This document shows positions 1 to 12,368 of a stretch of 64,000 nucleotides of DNA, piece after piece (position 1 is the first letter of the stretch; each line of letters begins with the position of its first letter). The notes under the pieces were generated by a model. The model had not been told where the DNA came from and did not search any database. It saw nothing but the letters and a program-made list of their open reading frames with translations. The stretch spans positions 161,636,001 to 161,700,000 of the forward strand of contig NC_086097.1 of NCBI RefSeq assembly GCF_963921235.1, given 5' to 3'. Origin of the DNA: Mobula hypostoma (taxonomy: Eukaryota). The position numbers were made by a program, and so were the translations under genes.

Positions 1-214
1 AACTGGAAAAACAAGCTGCATTGAAAACTATACAGAGAATGCAAAGCAGCTGCAACTGTATGTGAAATTTCACTTAATTTCTTGGTGGTGCTACGCTGGT
101 GCTATTGCAATTTCTGCTGGGCCTATAGCACCAGCTAGTACCACCTTAGCGCCGCCCGTGGTTTTACTGATGAATAACAATAGAATACCTGTGTATTAAG
201 ATTCACATTGGTTA

Positions 215-3200
215 GACAAGCTTGAAGAACAAGAACAAGACTGCGCAGACGTGTGACGTCGGGCAGTGAAGCGCGGGAGATTTAAAAGGAACAGAGCTTC
301 GTACAGTGGGCAGCATAGTTTGCGGGCGGCAGAGTGAGCCGGGAGCACAGTGAAGGCTTAAGGGCTTTGGCTCAACGGGCTTAGGCGGAAACGGGTAAGG
401 TGAGGAAGGTTTGGTATTCATTTTTTGTTGTTATTTGAGGAGAGGGGCAGTATGAGGGTAAGGGCAGCTTGTTGTTCTAGGTGCCGGATGTGGGAGGCCC
501 TGGAGTCTCCAAGCCTCCCGGACGTCCACATCTGCGCCAGGTGCACCGAGATGCAGCTCCTAAGGGACCGCGTTAGGGAACTGGAGCTGTAGCTCGATGA
601 CCTTCGTCTGGTCAGGGAGAGCGAGGAGTTGATAGAGAGGAGTTACAGGCAGGTGGTCACACCGGGGCCACGGGAGGCAGACAAGTGGGTCACGGTTAGG
701 AGGGGGAAGGGGAAGAGTCAGGAAATAGAGAGTACCCCAGTGGCTGTGCCCCTTAACAATAGGTACTCCTGTTTGAGTACTGTTGAGGGGGACAGCTTAC
801 CTGGGGGAAGTGACAGTAGCCGTGCCTCCGGCACAGAGTCTGGCCCTATAGCTCAGAAGGGTAGGGAAAGGAAGAGGAAGGCAGTTGTAACAGGGGACTC
901 GATAGTAAGGGGGTCAGATAGGCGATTCTGTGGATGCAGTCCAGAGACCCGGATGGTAGTTTCCCTCCCTGGTGCCAGGGTCCGGGATATTTCTGATCGC
1001 GTCCAAGATATCCTGAAGTGGGAGGGTGAGGAGACAGAGGTCGTGGTACATATAGGTACCAATGACATAGGTAGGAAAAGGGAAGAGGTCCTGAAAGGAG
1101 AATATAGGGAGTTAGGAAGGGAGTTGAGAAAAAGGACCGCAAAGGTAGTAATCTCGGGATTACTGCCTGTGCCACACGACAGTGAGAGTAGGAATGCAAT
1201 GAGGTGGAGGATAAATGCGTGGCTGAGGGATTGGAGCAGGGGGCAAGGATTCAAGTTTTTGGATCATTGGGACCTCTTTTGGCGCGGGTGTGACCCCTAC
1301 AAAAAGGACGGGTTACACTTGAATCCTAGGGGGACCAATACCCTGGCGGGGAGATTTGCGACGGCTACTGAGGTGACTTTAAACTAGAATGGTTGGGGGG
1401 TGGGAAGCAAATTAAAGAGACTAGGAGAGAGGAGGTTAGTTCACAAAAGGGGGATGGGAACAAGTGCAGAGAGACAGAGGGGTGTAAAATGAGGGTAGAA
1501 GCAAAAAGTAGTAATGGCAGGCCAGCAAATCCAGGGCAAAAATCAAAATGGGCCACTTCTCAACAAAATTTTATAAGGGCTAAGAGTGTTGTAAAAGCGA
1601 GCCTGAAGGCTTTGTGTGTCAATGCAAGGAGCATTTGTAACAAGGTGGATGAATTAAAAGTGCAGATTGTTATTAATGAATATGATATAGTTGGGATCAC
1701 AGAGACATGGCTCCAGGGTGACCAAGGATGGGAGCTCAACATTCAGGGATATTCAATATTCAGGAGGGATAGACATGAAAGAAAAGGAGGTGGGGTAGCA
1801 TTGCTGGTTAGAGAGGAGATTAACACAATAGAAAGGAAGGACATTAGCCGGGAGGATGTGGAATCGATATGGGTAGAGCTGCATAACACTAAGGGGCAGA
1901 AAACGCTGGTGGGAGTTGTGTACAGGCCACCTAACAATAGTAGTGAGGTTGGGGATGGTATTAAACAAGAAATTAGAAATGCGTGCAATAAAGGAACAGC
2001 AGTTATAATGGGTGACTTCAATCTACATATAGATTGGGTGAACCAAATTGGTAAGGGTGCTGAGGAAGAGGATTTCTTGGAATGTATGCGGGATGGTTTT
2101 TTGAACCAACATGTCGAGGAACCATCTAGAGAGCAGGCTATTCTAGACTGGGTATTGAGCAATGAGGAAGGGTTAATTAGTAATCTTGTCGTGAGAGGCC
2201 CTTTGGGTAAGAGTGACCATAATATGGTGAAATTCTTCATTAAGATGGAGAGTGACATAGTTAATTCAGAAACAAAGGCTCTGAACTTCAAGAAGGGTAA
2301 CTTTGAAGGTACGAGACGTGAATTCCCTAAGGTACACTGGCAAAGGACACTTAAAGGGTTGACGGTGGATATGCAATGGCATTTAAAGATCGCATGGATG
2401 AACTATAATTGTTCATCCCAGTTTGGCAAAAGAATAAATCAGGGAAGGTAGCGCACCCGTGGCTGACAAGGGAAATTAGGGATAGTATCAATTCCAAAGA
2501 AGAAACATACAAATTAGCCAGAAAAAGCGGCTCACCTGAGGACTGGGAGAAATTCAGAGCCCAGCAGAAGAGGACAAAGGGCTTAATTAGGAAAGGGAAA
2601 AAAGATTATGAGAGAAAACTGGCAGGGAACATAAAAACTGACTGTAAAAGCTTTTATAGATATGTGAAAATGGTTAAGACAAATGTAGGTCCCCTACAGA
2701 CAGAAACAGGTGAATTGATTATGGGGCAGTGAGATGGAGGAACTGAGGGAAATACATGTTAGTAGGGAAGTGGTGTTAGGTAAATTGAAGGGATTAAAGG
2801 CAGATAAATCCCCAGAGTCAGACGGTCTGCATCCCAGAGTGCTTAGTAGCCCAAGAAATAGTGGATGCATCCGTGATAAATTTTCAAAACCCTTTAGATT
2901 CTGGACTAGATCCTGAGGATTGGAGGGTGGCTAATGTAACCCTGCTTTTTTAAAAAGGAGGGAGGGAGAAACCGGGGAATTATAGACCAGTTAGCCTAAC
3001 TTCGGTGGTGGGGAAAATGCTAGAGTCAGTTATCAAAGATGAGATAACAGCACGTTTGGAAAGCGGTGAAATCATCGGACAAAGTCAGCATGGATTTGTG
3101 AAAGGAAAATCATGTCTGACGAATCTCATAGAATTTTTTGAGGATGTAACTAGTAGAGTGGATAGGGGAGAACCAGTGGATGTGGTATATTTGGATTTTC

Positions 3201-4375
3201 AAAAGGCTTTTGACAAGGTCCCACATAGGAGATTATTGTGCAAACTTAAAGCACACGGAATTGGAGGTAAGGTATTGATGTGGATAGAAAATTGGTTGGC
3301 AGACAGGAAGCAAAGAGTGGGAATAAACGGGACCTTTTCAGAATGGCAGGCAGCGACTAGTGGGGTACTGCAAGGCTCAGTGCTGGGACCCCAGTTGTTT
3401 ACAATATATATTAACGACTTAGATGAGGGAATTAAATGCAGCATCTCCAAGTTTGCGGATGACACGAAGCTGGGCGGCAGTGTTAGCTGTGAGGAGGATG
3501 CAGGGTGACTTGGATAGGTTAGGTGAGTGGGCAAATTCATGGCAGATGCAATTTAATGTGGAGAAATGTGAGGTTATCCACTTTGGTGGCAAGAACAGGA
3601 AAACAGGTTATTATCTGAATGGTGGCCAATTAGGAAAAGGGGAGGTGCAACAAGACGTGGGTGTCATTATACACCAGTCATTGAAAGTGGGCATGCAGGT
3701 ACAGCAGGTAGTGAAAAAGGCGAATGGTATGCTGACATTCATAACAAGAGGATTCGAATACAGGAGCAGGGAGGTACTACTGTAGTTGTACAAGGCCTTG
3801 GTGAGACCACACCTGGAGTATTGTGTGCAGTTTTGGTCCCCTAATCTGAGGAAAGACATCCTTGCCATAGAGGGAGTACAAAGAAGGTTCACCAGATTGA
3901 TTCCTGGGATGGCAGGACTTTCATATGATGAAAGACTGGATCGACTAGGCTTATACTCGTTGGAATTTAGGAGATTGAGTGGGTATCTTATTGAAACGTA
4001 TAAAATCCTAAAGGGATTGGACAGGCTAGATGCAGGAAGATTGCTCCCGATGTTGGGGAAGTCCAGAACGAGGGGTCACAGTTTGAAGATAAAGGGGAAG
4101 CCTTTTAGGACCGAGATTAGGAAAAACTTCTTCACACAGAGAGTGGTGAATCTGTGGAATTCTCTGCCACAGGAAACAGTTGAGGCCAGTTCATTGGCTA
4201 TATATAAGAGGGAGTTAGATATGGCCCTTGTGGCTAAAGGGATCAGGGGGTATGGAGGGAAGGCAGGTACAGGGTTCTGAGTTGGATGATCAGCCATGAT
4301 CGTACTGAATGGCGGTGCAGGCTCGAAGGGCCGAATGGCATACTCCTGCACCTATTTTCTATGTTTCTGTTTCTA
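215..4375 (+). mobile_element. Near full-length CR1 LINE, inactivated (5'UTR, ORF1 Zn-finger/esterase, ORF2 APE+RT)
   Basis: ORF1 from ATG 452 has CxxC..CxxC, a stop at 590-592 and SGNH esterase motifs (GDSIVR, VVVHIGTND, DGLHLN). ORF2 has APE motifs (GITETW, GDFN, SDH) and RT motifs ([12 protein letters not shown]) broken by frameshifts and an internal deletion near 2727. CR1-type 3' end with TTTCTATG-like tail. Confidence 0.95.
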
Positions 4376-5383
4376 ATATATGATGAGCATACTGGGAAAA
4401 ATATGCAGTAATCATGGACCTACAAGAAAATGACTTAAAAACTGTATTGTATATATAGCTAACTTCTGAAGAACATACCTATGGAGAATCCAAGCTTAGT
4501 ACAAATTAAACTATTGATCCCTTTCTTGATAAATTAGGAACAACTGTTAATGAATTAACAATTTTGTACTCTTTCCATAAGAGAGAAGGCAATGGCATCT
4601 TTCTTTTTAATCAATAAGATGTAGGAGCAGCATTAGGCCACTTGGCCCATTGAGTCTGCTCCGCATTTGATCAAGGCTGATTAATTATCCCTCTCGAGCT
4701 CATTCTCTGGTAACCTTTGATGCCCTTCCTAATCAAGAACCTATCAGCTTCCACTTAGAATGCTGTATATTCAAAGATTTGGTACCTACAGTTTTCTGTG
4801 GTAATGAATTCCACAGGTTCACTGTCCTCTGGCTAAAAAATTCCTCCTCATCTGTGTTCCAAAGGGATTTCCTTGTATTTTGAGGCTGTGCCCTCTAGTC
4901 CTAGACTCCCCCACCATGGGAAACATCCTCTCCACATCCTCTCTATCTAGGTCTTTCACTATTTAATAGGTTTCAATGAGATCCCCCCCCCATTCTTCTA
5001 AATTCAAGCACATACAAGCCCAGAGTCATCAAACACTCCTTATATGATAAGGCTTTCAATCCCAGAGTCATTCTCATGAACCTCCTCTGTACCCTCTCCA
5101 ATGTCAGCAGTATTCCTTCTAAGATAAGGGGCCCAAAACTGCTCACAATCTACTCGAAGTGAGGCCTCGCTATTGCCTTTTAAAGCCTCAGCATTACATC
5201 CTTGCTTTTATATTCAGGTCCTCTCGAAATGATGCTAAAAGTGCATTTGCCTTCCTCACCGCTGACTCATCCTGCAAGTTAACCTTTAGGGAACCTTGCA
5301 AAAGGACTCCCAAGGGCCTTTGCACCTCCGATTTTTGAATTTTCTCCTTGTTTAAAAAACAGTCTGTGTTTTTATTCCTTCTA

Positions 5384-6335
5384 CTGTATCATCTACAGTA
5401 CAACGGCCAAGCTGAGAGGTTTGTAGATACCTTCAAACGGTCACTTCTGAAATGAAGAGGGGACGGAGCATTGGCCAAGGCCCTTTAACACATTTTTCCT
5501 TACATAACAGTTTATACCAGACCCAGGTGTCGAGAAGAAGTCTCCAGCTGAAGTGTTTTTGGGAAGAAAACTGGGCATAGTATTGGATGCAATGCTGCCA
5601 GTGTCCAACATCCAAGACAGCAAATGGTCAGGTGCACAAATGCAGCCACACAGACTTTGGTCAATGGGTGAAGTCATTCAAGCCCGCAAGTGCAGTTAGG
5701 CCAGACAGTATCGCAATGGGCAAGACTGCTGGGTACCAGGTTAGATTGTCAAAATAAGGAAAGTGCTCTATGGAGTTATCATTGACGAATATCCACGGTA
5801 GCTTGACAACAACCAGTTGCAGCCACGTGCTCTCCAAGGCACAGCAGGTTCATCGGGCAGGCCATCAAACACAAAGTTGGACCGTCATCTCCTCCTGGAA
5901 GGGTTCAATTTATCTTGAACAAACCAACCAACAAAGCCGGCACAGCTGCAAGCAACATTGCAACAAGAAAGTGAAAACCTGCAACCACTAAGAAAGACTG
6001 ATCGCTAGTGCAAGTTGGTTGTTCCAATCCTAATCAACCCTTGGCTCAAATCTACAGGTAATCAGCTTCAACGGGGAGGCATTATGGGAGCCGAAACAAC
6101 CAATGCTTATTATTTGGCTGACAATCAGTTCCAGGCTGACTTTCACTGATTCATCATTGTTCCTCACAATGTCTGAATTGTTCTTGGGTAAACAAATTAA
6201 ACAAGTCATGCTTTGGGATGCATTGTTGGGATTTTTGTAGTTGCGAAGTTTTACTGAATAAAGGTTTATTTCATGTTCTGGCTTCGGTCTATCTCCTGGC
6301 TTTGGGTCTCAGCAGTTATAGGCAAGCAAGCATAA
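5384..6335 (+). mobile_element. Gypsy LTR-retrotransposon 3' fragment (integrase C-part, PPT, 3' LTR)
   Basis: Translates YHLQYNGQAERFVDTFKRSLLK...KSPAEVFLGRKL (Gypsy integrase core end). Purine tract aacggggagg at 6070-6079 is followed by a ~250-bp LTR-like segment containing AATAAA. Confidence 0.75.
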
Positions 6336-6934
6336 CCACCATACACTTTCCTACACTATATTCAATCTACCACTTCTTTGCTCATTCTCCTAATCTGTAC
6401 AAATTCTTCGGCAGATTCCCTACTTCCCCAATACTACCTGCCCCTCCACCTATCTTCATATCATCCACAAAACTGGTCACAAAGCCATCAATTCTGTTAT
6501 CCAAATCAGTGACAAATAATGTGAAAAGAAGTAGTCCCAACAACGACCTCCTCAGAATAACTCTAGTCACTGGCAGTTAACCAGACAAGGCCCCCTTTAC
6601 TCCCACTCTTTGTCTTCCTCCAATCAGTCAATCTTCCATCCATACTAGTATCTTTCCTATAATACCATTAGCTCTCATTTCGTTAAGCAACCTCGTGTGC
6701 AGCCTTCTGAAAATCCAAGTACACAACGTTCACTAACTCTCCTTTATCTATCATGTCTGTTACTTTCTCGAGGAGTTCCAACAGCTTTGTCAGGCAAGAT
6801 TTCCCTTCAAGAAAACCATGATGACTTTAGACTATTTTATCATGTGCTTCCATATACCCCAAATACTCATCCTTAATAATGGACTCAAACATCTTCCCAA
6901 CCATTTAAGTCAGGCTAACTGGCCTATAATTTCT

Positions 6935-7413
6935 ACAGGAGCACGATTGAGAGCATCCTGACTGGCTGCATCACTGCCTGCTCTGGGAACTGTTCTTCCA
7001 GCAATCACAGGACCCTGTAGAGAGTGGTGCAGACAGCCCGGTGCATCTGTAGATGCGAGCTTCCCACTATTCAGGACATTAACAAAGTCAGGTGTGTAAA
7101 AAGGGCCCGAAGGATCATTGGGGATCCGAGCCACCCCAACCACAATCTGTTCTAGCTGCTACCATCCAGGAAACGGCACCGCAGCATAAAAGCCAGGACC
7201 AACAGGCTCTGGGACAGCTTCTTCCACCAGGCCATTAAACTGATTAATTCATGCTGACACAACTGTATTTCTATGCTATTGACTGTCCTGTTGTACATAC
7301 TATTTATTACAAGTTACTATAAATTGCACGTTACACATTTAGACAGAGACGTAACGTAAAGATTTTTTACTCCTCATGTATATGAAGGATGCATGTAATA
7401 AGGTCAATTCAAT
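6935..7413 (+). mobile_element. Rex1/Babar-type LINE 3' fragment
   Basis: ESILTGCITA...HPNHNLF.LLPSRKRHRSIKARTNRL.DSFFHQAIKL C-terminal signature, then 3'UTR and caatt tail. Confidence 0.8.
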
Positions 7414-9269
7414 TTGCTTTCTTTTGCCTCCATCCCTCTTTTAAAGAATGGAGCAACATTTGCATTTTTTCAGTCCTCTGGAACCATTCCAGAGTATAGT
7501 AACTCTCGAAAGATAACTACTAATGCCTCCACCATCTCTTCAGCTACCTTTTCAGAACCGCATGGTGTAGTCCACCTGGTCCAGGTGACCTATCTACCTT
7601 CAAACCTTTCAGCTTCCAAAGCACCTTCTCCTTGGTCAGAGCAACTATACTTCATTCTGCGTCCATGACATTCTCAATTTTTTTGGCAAACTGCTGGTAT
7701 CTTCCATACTGAAGACTGAGGAAAAATACTTATTAGGTTTGTTCACCATTTCTTCCCTCCCTCATTACTACTTCTCTAGAGTCATTTTCCAACAGTCTGA
7801 TATCCACAGTTGCCTCTCTTACTCTTTATATATCTGAAGTTTTAGTATCCACTTTTATATTATTGCCTAGCTTGCCTTCATATTTCATTTCTTCTCTCCC
7901 TATTGCTTTATTTAGTTGACTTCTTTTGTTTTTTAAAAGCTAATTTTTACCATATTATACACCCTTTCTTTTGCTTTTATGCTCTCTTTGACTTCCCTTG
8001 TCAACTTTGGTTGCCTCAAACTCCAATTAGAATACTACTACTTCTTTGGGGATGTTTCTACCCTGCACCTTCTAAAATGCTCCAGAAACTCCAGCCTTGC
8101 TGTTTTGCCATCATCCCTGCTACTGTACCCTTTTAATCAACTTTAGCCAGCTCCTCTCTCATGCCTCTGTAATTCTCTTTACTCTACTGTAATACTGATT
8201 GTACACTTATTGTAATCAAGAATCCAAATCAGCATGACAAACAAAGAAACACACATCACAATGATCAGGTATTGACGGTGAGTTGACCCACAAAGGTGAA
8301 AATGTAGATAATCCATCCTTGCACATAGACACTCACGCAGGCAAAATTTCTCAACTAACCTTTGTATGCTATTTCTTTTCTGAAGAGACAATCTTCCAAT
8401 AACTAAATCACATACATCCAATCGGATTTCACATCGCTTGATGTAAATTATGGTACAGAATATCTACATCAAAAGGGAACATTCCATCCAATGTGTCAGG
8501 ATAGGTCTACATCCAGCAGTACACAGCTCTAAATACTAATCCCAGCAATGTACTTTATAAATCTGGTGAGTATTTCTGTCACTCTCTGGTTAAGAAAATG
8601 TTTCCTCCCCTCCCCTCTAACCTTTCTACTAATTGCTTTAAGATTACGTTTGCTGACTTTTCAGCCATCTGCCAGTGGAAATAGGTCCTTCACGTTTACC
8701 TTACCCAGATCCATCATAATTTTAGCCAAGTCTATCAACCATTTATCAGCTTTCTTTGTTTCAAATTAAGCATAGCTTATTGTGCATTTCCTCACTATTG
8801 TTATTTCCCAATCCGTGGAACATCCTCATAAACTTCCTGTAAAATCTCTGCTGATGTGGTTACGTCATTCCTGCAATGCATATGTTTTTTTTAATTGAGT
8901 TGTTCTAAACTCAATTTGCTACTCTCCTTTAGATTTTTTAGGGTTTTTTTTTTAAAGACAGAATCTTATTAAAAGCCTTGCTGAAGTCCATGCAGACTTC
9001 ACCAGACATCTGGCCTTTCATTTGACCTCATTGGTGCCCAAAAATAATCCAGCACACAGAGAACTTTGTTGGTGTTGAACAGGCAGATTCTCCCGACTAC
9101 TAAATGCCATTCCAGCTAATACTCCAACACACTTCAAATTCAATTTTGGCTGCCCTATCTTATTAAAATAAAAGTTCCAGTAAGCTTAAATGGAATGAGG
9201 GAACCGGCATCCTGGACAGTGGTAAATGAGTATGGGAAACATCACCTGTTTGGTCAAACACTGAACCAT

Positions 9270-10505
9270 AAGAACTTATGAAGGTTCAATCGTTAGGTAT
9301 TAATATTGAAGCAGTAAAATGGATTCAACAGTGGCTGGATGGGAGATGCCAGAGAGTAGTGGTGGATAACTGTCTGTCAGGTTGGAGGTCGGTGACTAAT
9401 GGTGTGCATCAGGGATCTTTACTGGGTCCAGTGTTGTTTGTCATATACATTAATGATCTGGATGATGGGGTGGTAAATTGGATGAGTAAGTATGCAGATG
9501 ATATTAAGATAGGTGGCGTTATGGATAATGAAGTAGGTTTTCAAAGCTTGCAGAGAGATTTAGGCCAGTTAGAAGAGTAGGCTGAAAGACGGCAGACACG
9601 AGGAAATCTGCATATGCTAGAATTTCAAGCAACTTCCTAGAGATGCTGCCTGGCCTGCTGCGTTCACCAGCAACTTTTATGAAAGATGGCAGATAGAGTT
9701 TAATGCTGATAAATGTGAGATGCTACATTTTGTAAGACTAATCAAAATAGGACATACATGGTAAATGGTAGGGCATTGAGGAATGCAGTAGAACAGTGTG
9801 ATCGAGGAATAATGGTACATAGTTCCCTGAAGGTGGAATCTTTTGTGGATAGGGTGGTGAACAAAGCTTTTGGTATGCTGGCCTTTATAAACCAGAGCAC
9901 TGAGTATAGGAGTTGGGATGTAATGTTAAAATTGGACAAGGCATTGGTGAGGCCAAATTTGGAGTATTGTGTACAGTTCTGGTCATTGAAATATAGGAAA
10001 GATGTGAACAAAGTAGAGAGAGTACAGAGGAGATTTACCAGAATGTCACCTGGGTTCCAGCACCTAAGTTACAGAGAAAGGTTGAACAAGTTAGCTCTTT
10101 ATTCTTTGGAGCGTAGAAGGTTGAGAGGGGTCTTGATGGAGGTATTTAAAATTATGAGGGGGATAGATAGAGTTGACGTGGATAGGCTTTTTCCATTGAG
10201 AGTGGGGGAGATTCAAACAAGGGGACATAAGTTGAGAGTTAAGGGGCAAAAGTTTAGGGGTAACATGAGGGGGAACTTCTTTACTCAGAGAGTGGCAGCT
10301 GTGTGGAACGAGTTTCCAGCAAAAGTGGTAGAGGCAGGTTCAATTTTGTCATTTAAAAAAAAATTGGAAAGGTACATGGACAGGAAAGGAAGGGAGGGTT
10401 ATGGGCTGAGTGCAGGTAGATGGGACTAGGTGAGAGTAAGCGTTCGGCACGGACTAGAAGGGCCGAGATGGCCTGTTTCTGTGCTGTAATTGTTATATGG
10501 TTATA
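9270..10505 (+). mobile_element. 5'-truncated CR1 LINE (RT half)
   Basis: ORFs 9278-9580 (QGSLLGP, YADD) and 9758-10429 (LVRPNLEYCVQFW); CR1 3' tail. Confidence 0.92.
9597..9679. mobile_element. 83-bp Penelope-like terminal remnant with internal inversion
   Basis: 14-bp TSD tgaaagaYggcaga at 9583-9596 and 9680-9693; the two halves match the PLE terminus in opposite orientations. Confidence 0.8.
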
Positions 10506-11248
10506 ATAGCTGGGTAACAAATAATTTAAGTTTTATTGTAATTTAACAAGAAAAAAGCATGGAAATTTCTCAAATACTCCCTTCTTTTAACAAGTTGATC
10601 TCAATTGCCCTAATTTTTCTGTGCATTCATAACTAACAGCTTCTTGTCTATTAGAATGGATCTCAATAATTTCACTGGTACCAAATTTAAACTGGCCTGT
10701 AATTATTTTGTTAATATTTTCTTCCTTCTTAAGCAACAATATAGCAATAGCTCTCCTGCAAACCTCTGGTCCATTCCTATTACCAAAATTGTAGTTGGAG
10801 CTTCTGCAATCTTTCCCTTCCTTCTTTTAACAGCCTGGCAACCAAGAAAAAGTGCAATGGGATTTAGCAAGCAAAAGTGTTAAATCTTACAGTACTCTGT
10901 GCACCTTTTGCCCATGCAATATTTCCACACTCATCCACTTTAATCAGCATCAATCCAGCTTATGAAATATTGGCAATAAAAGAACAATTTTCCTCTGTCC
11001 TGGAAATAAACTGGAAGAAAGGGGATTTATATTTGCTGGTAAATCCAAGTGACAATTAAACTATTGAATATTGCAGTAGCACCATGCAAGAGAAACATGA
11101 ACAACAAGTAAACGATCAGGAAACCCCCAGCTTAAAAGCAATTTTGTGGAAACTGCAAATTCAGTGATTTCAGACTTCCGCCACAGTTTTTGACTTGAGA
11201 TATCAGCTCAGGGCTGTCCCACTCTTACACTCAGAAATGCTCCCCTTT

Positions 11249-11292
<44 letters not shown>

Positions 11293-11294
11293 AC
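11249..11294. repeat. Compound (TC)n(AC)n microsatellite
   Basis: Direct inspection. Confidence 0.97.
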
Positions 11295-12368
11295 AATGAC
11301 ATTGGCTTGGGTCAGCAGTCAGCAACAGTCTGAGGAAATAGTGAGTGTGGTGGTTTATCCATGGAAATGCGAACAAAATTTAAACAAAATTCACTCCCCA
11401 TGAGGCTGCTCCTTCATTCACTAAGATCATGCCTGATCTAATCTTGGTCTGGACACCATTTCAAATGTGCCTCATTCTATGCTTTTAATATATTCAGTGA
11501 TTCTGCTTCCCCATCCCCAATTATTGTAGCAGCACTCCTAAACTGGTACCATCAGCATAAACAGCATCATTCATTTTCTTTAAAATAAGGTTCATGTTTC
11601 CCACACTCACTTTAATACTGGTTAGACCAGAGCCTCATTTCTAGCATTCCCTTTAAACTCACTGGGACTTTAAACATAACTATTATTCTACTGCATAGCC
11701 CAAAACTGGCAAATGAAAATTGTGTTCGGGTTTTATTAGGCATAACATTAAATAGTCTCGAAAGTCTGCTATTGTTCACCACGAAATACCAAATGGTGCT
11801 GGACTATTTGTTACTGCAGAAAGGATTCTAAAATACAAAGCCAACATTTTGTGAAAAAAAAAATCAATAACAGGATATAACCTGACAAAAATTACAATGC
11901 ATATTACATGATTTAAGGTCCCCCTTTACACTCTTTTCGCAATCATTAACGTCATAAGGATATGTGCTTTTTCCAAATACCGTAATATGGTGAAGGAAAA
12001 GGCGAAAGGGACAAGGAAGGAACCTAATAATGCCGTTCTTTGAGTTTACATTGAATTATCTTGGAATACAGCTGCAGACTGAGAACAGAAAGTGGGAGGA
12101 TGACTTCCTAAATAGTTAAATTCTCAACATTAAAAAAAATGAGCTCTATGCATTGTTGCCCAAACCATGGCTCGCTTGTTATAAAATAGCATAGCTTAAC
12201 AAAAAAAATTATAAATCCAAAGGACTTTACCAGTTTTGATTTCGACAGCCTATTTCTTGGAGTTTATTGATCGATTTAGATTTTAATATATTAACAAGTT
12301 CTTTGAAAGCCTGTAATTTTGTTATTCTTATTTGCTTCTAGAAATAAATACCTCTGATCTAGTGAAAA

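Larger units (their letters stand above)
4613..8198 (-). mobile_element. Older 5'-truncated CR1 LINE, interrupted by Gypsy and Rex1 fragments
   Basis: CR1 3'UTR at the left end; degraded RT (ORF 6382-6570, SFVDDMKIGG); collinear pieces at 4613-5383, 6336-6934 and 7414-8198. Confidence 0.85.

Noticed and set aside
846..3892. Antisense ORFs over CR1 (e.g. 853-1254, 1743-2291, 3611-3892) and their recurrences elsewhere
   Set aside because: Shadow frames of the LINE ORFs, repeated in every copy; no independent coding evidence.
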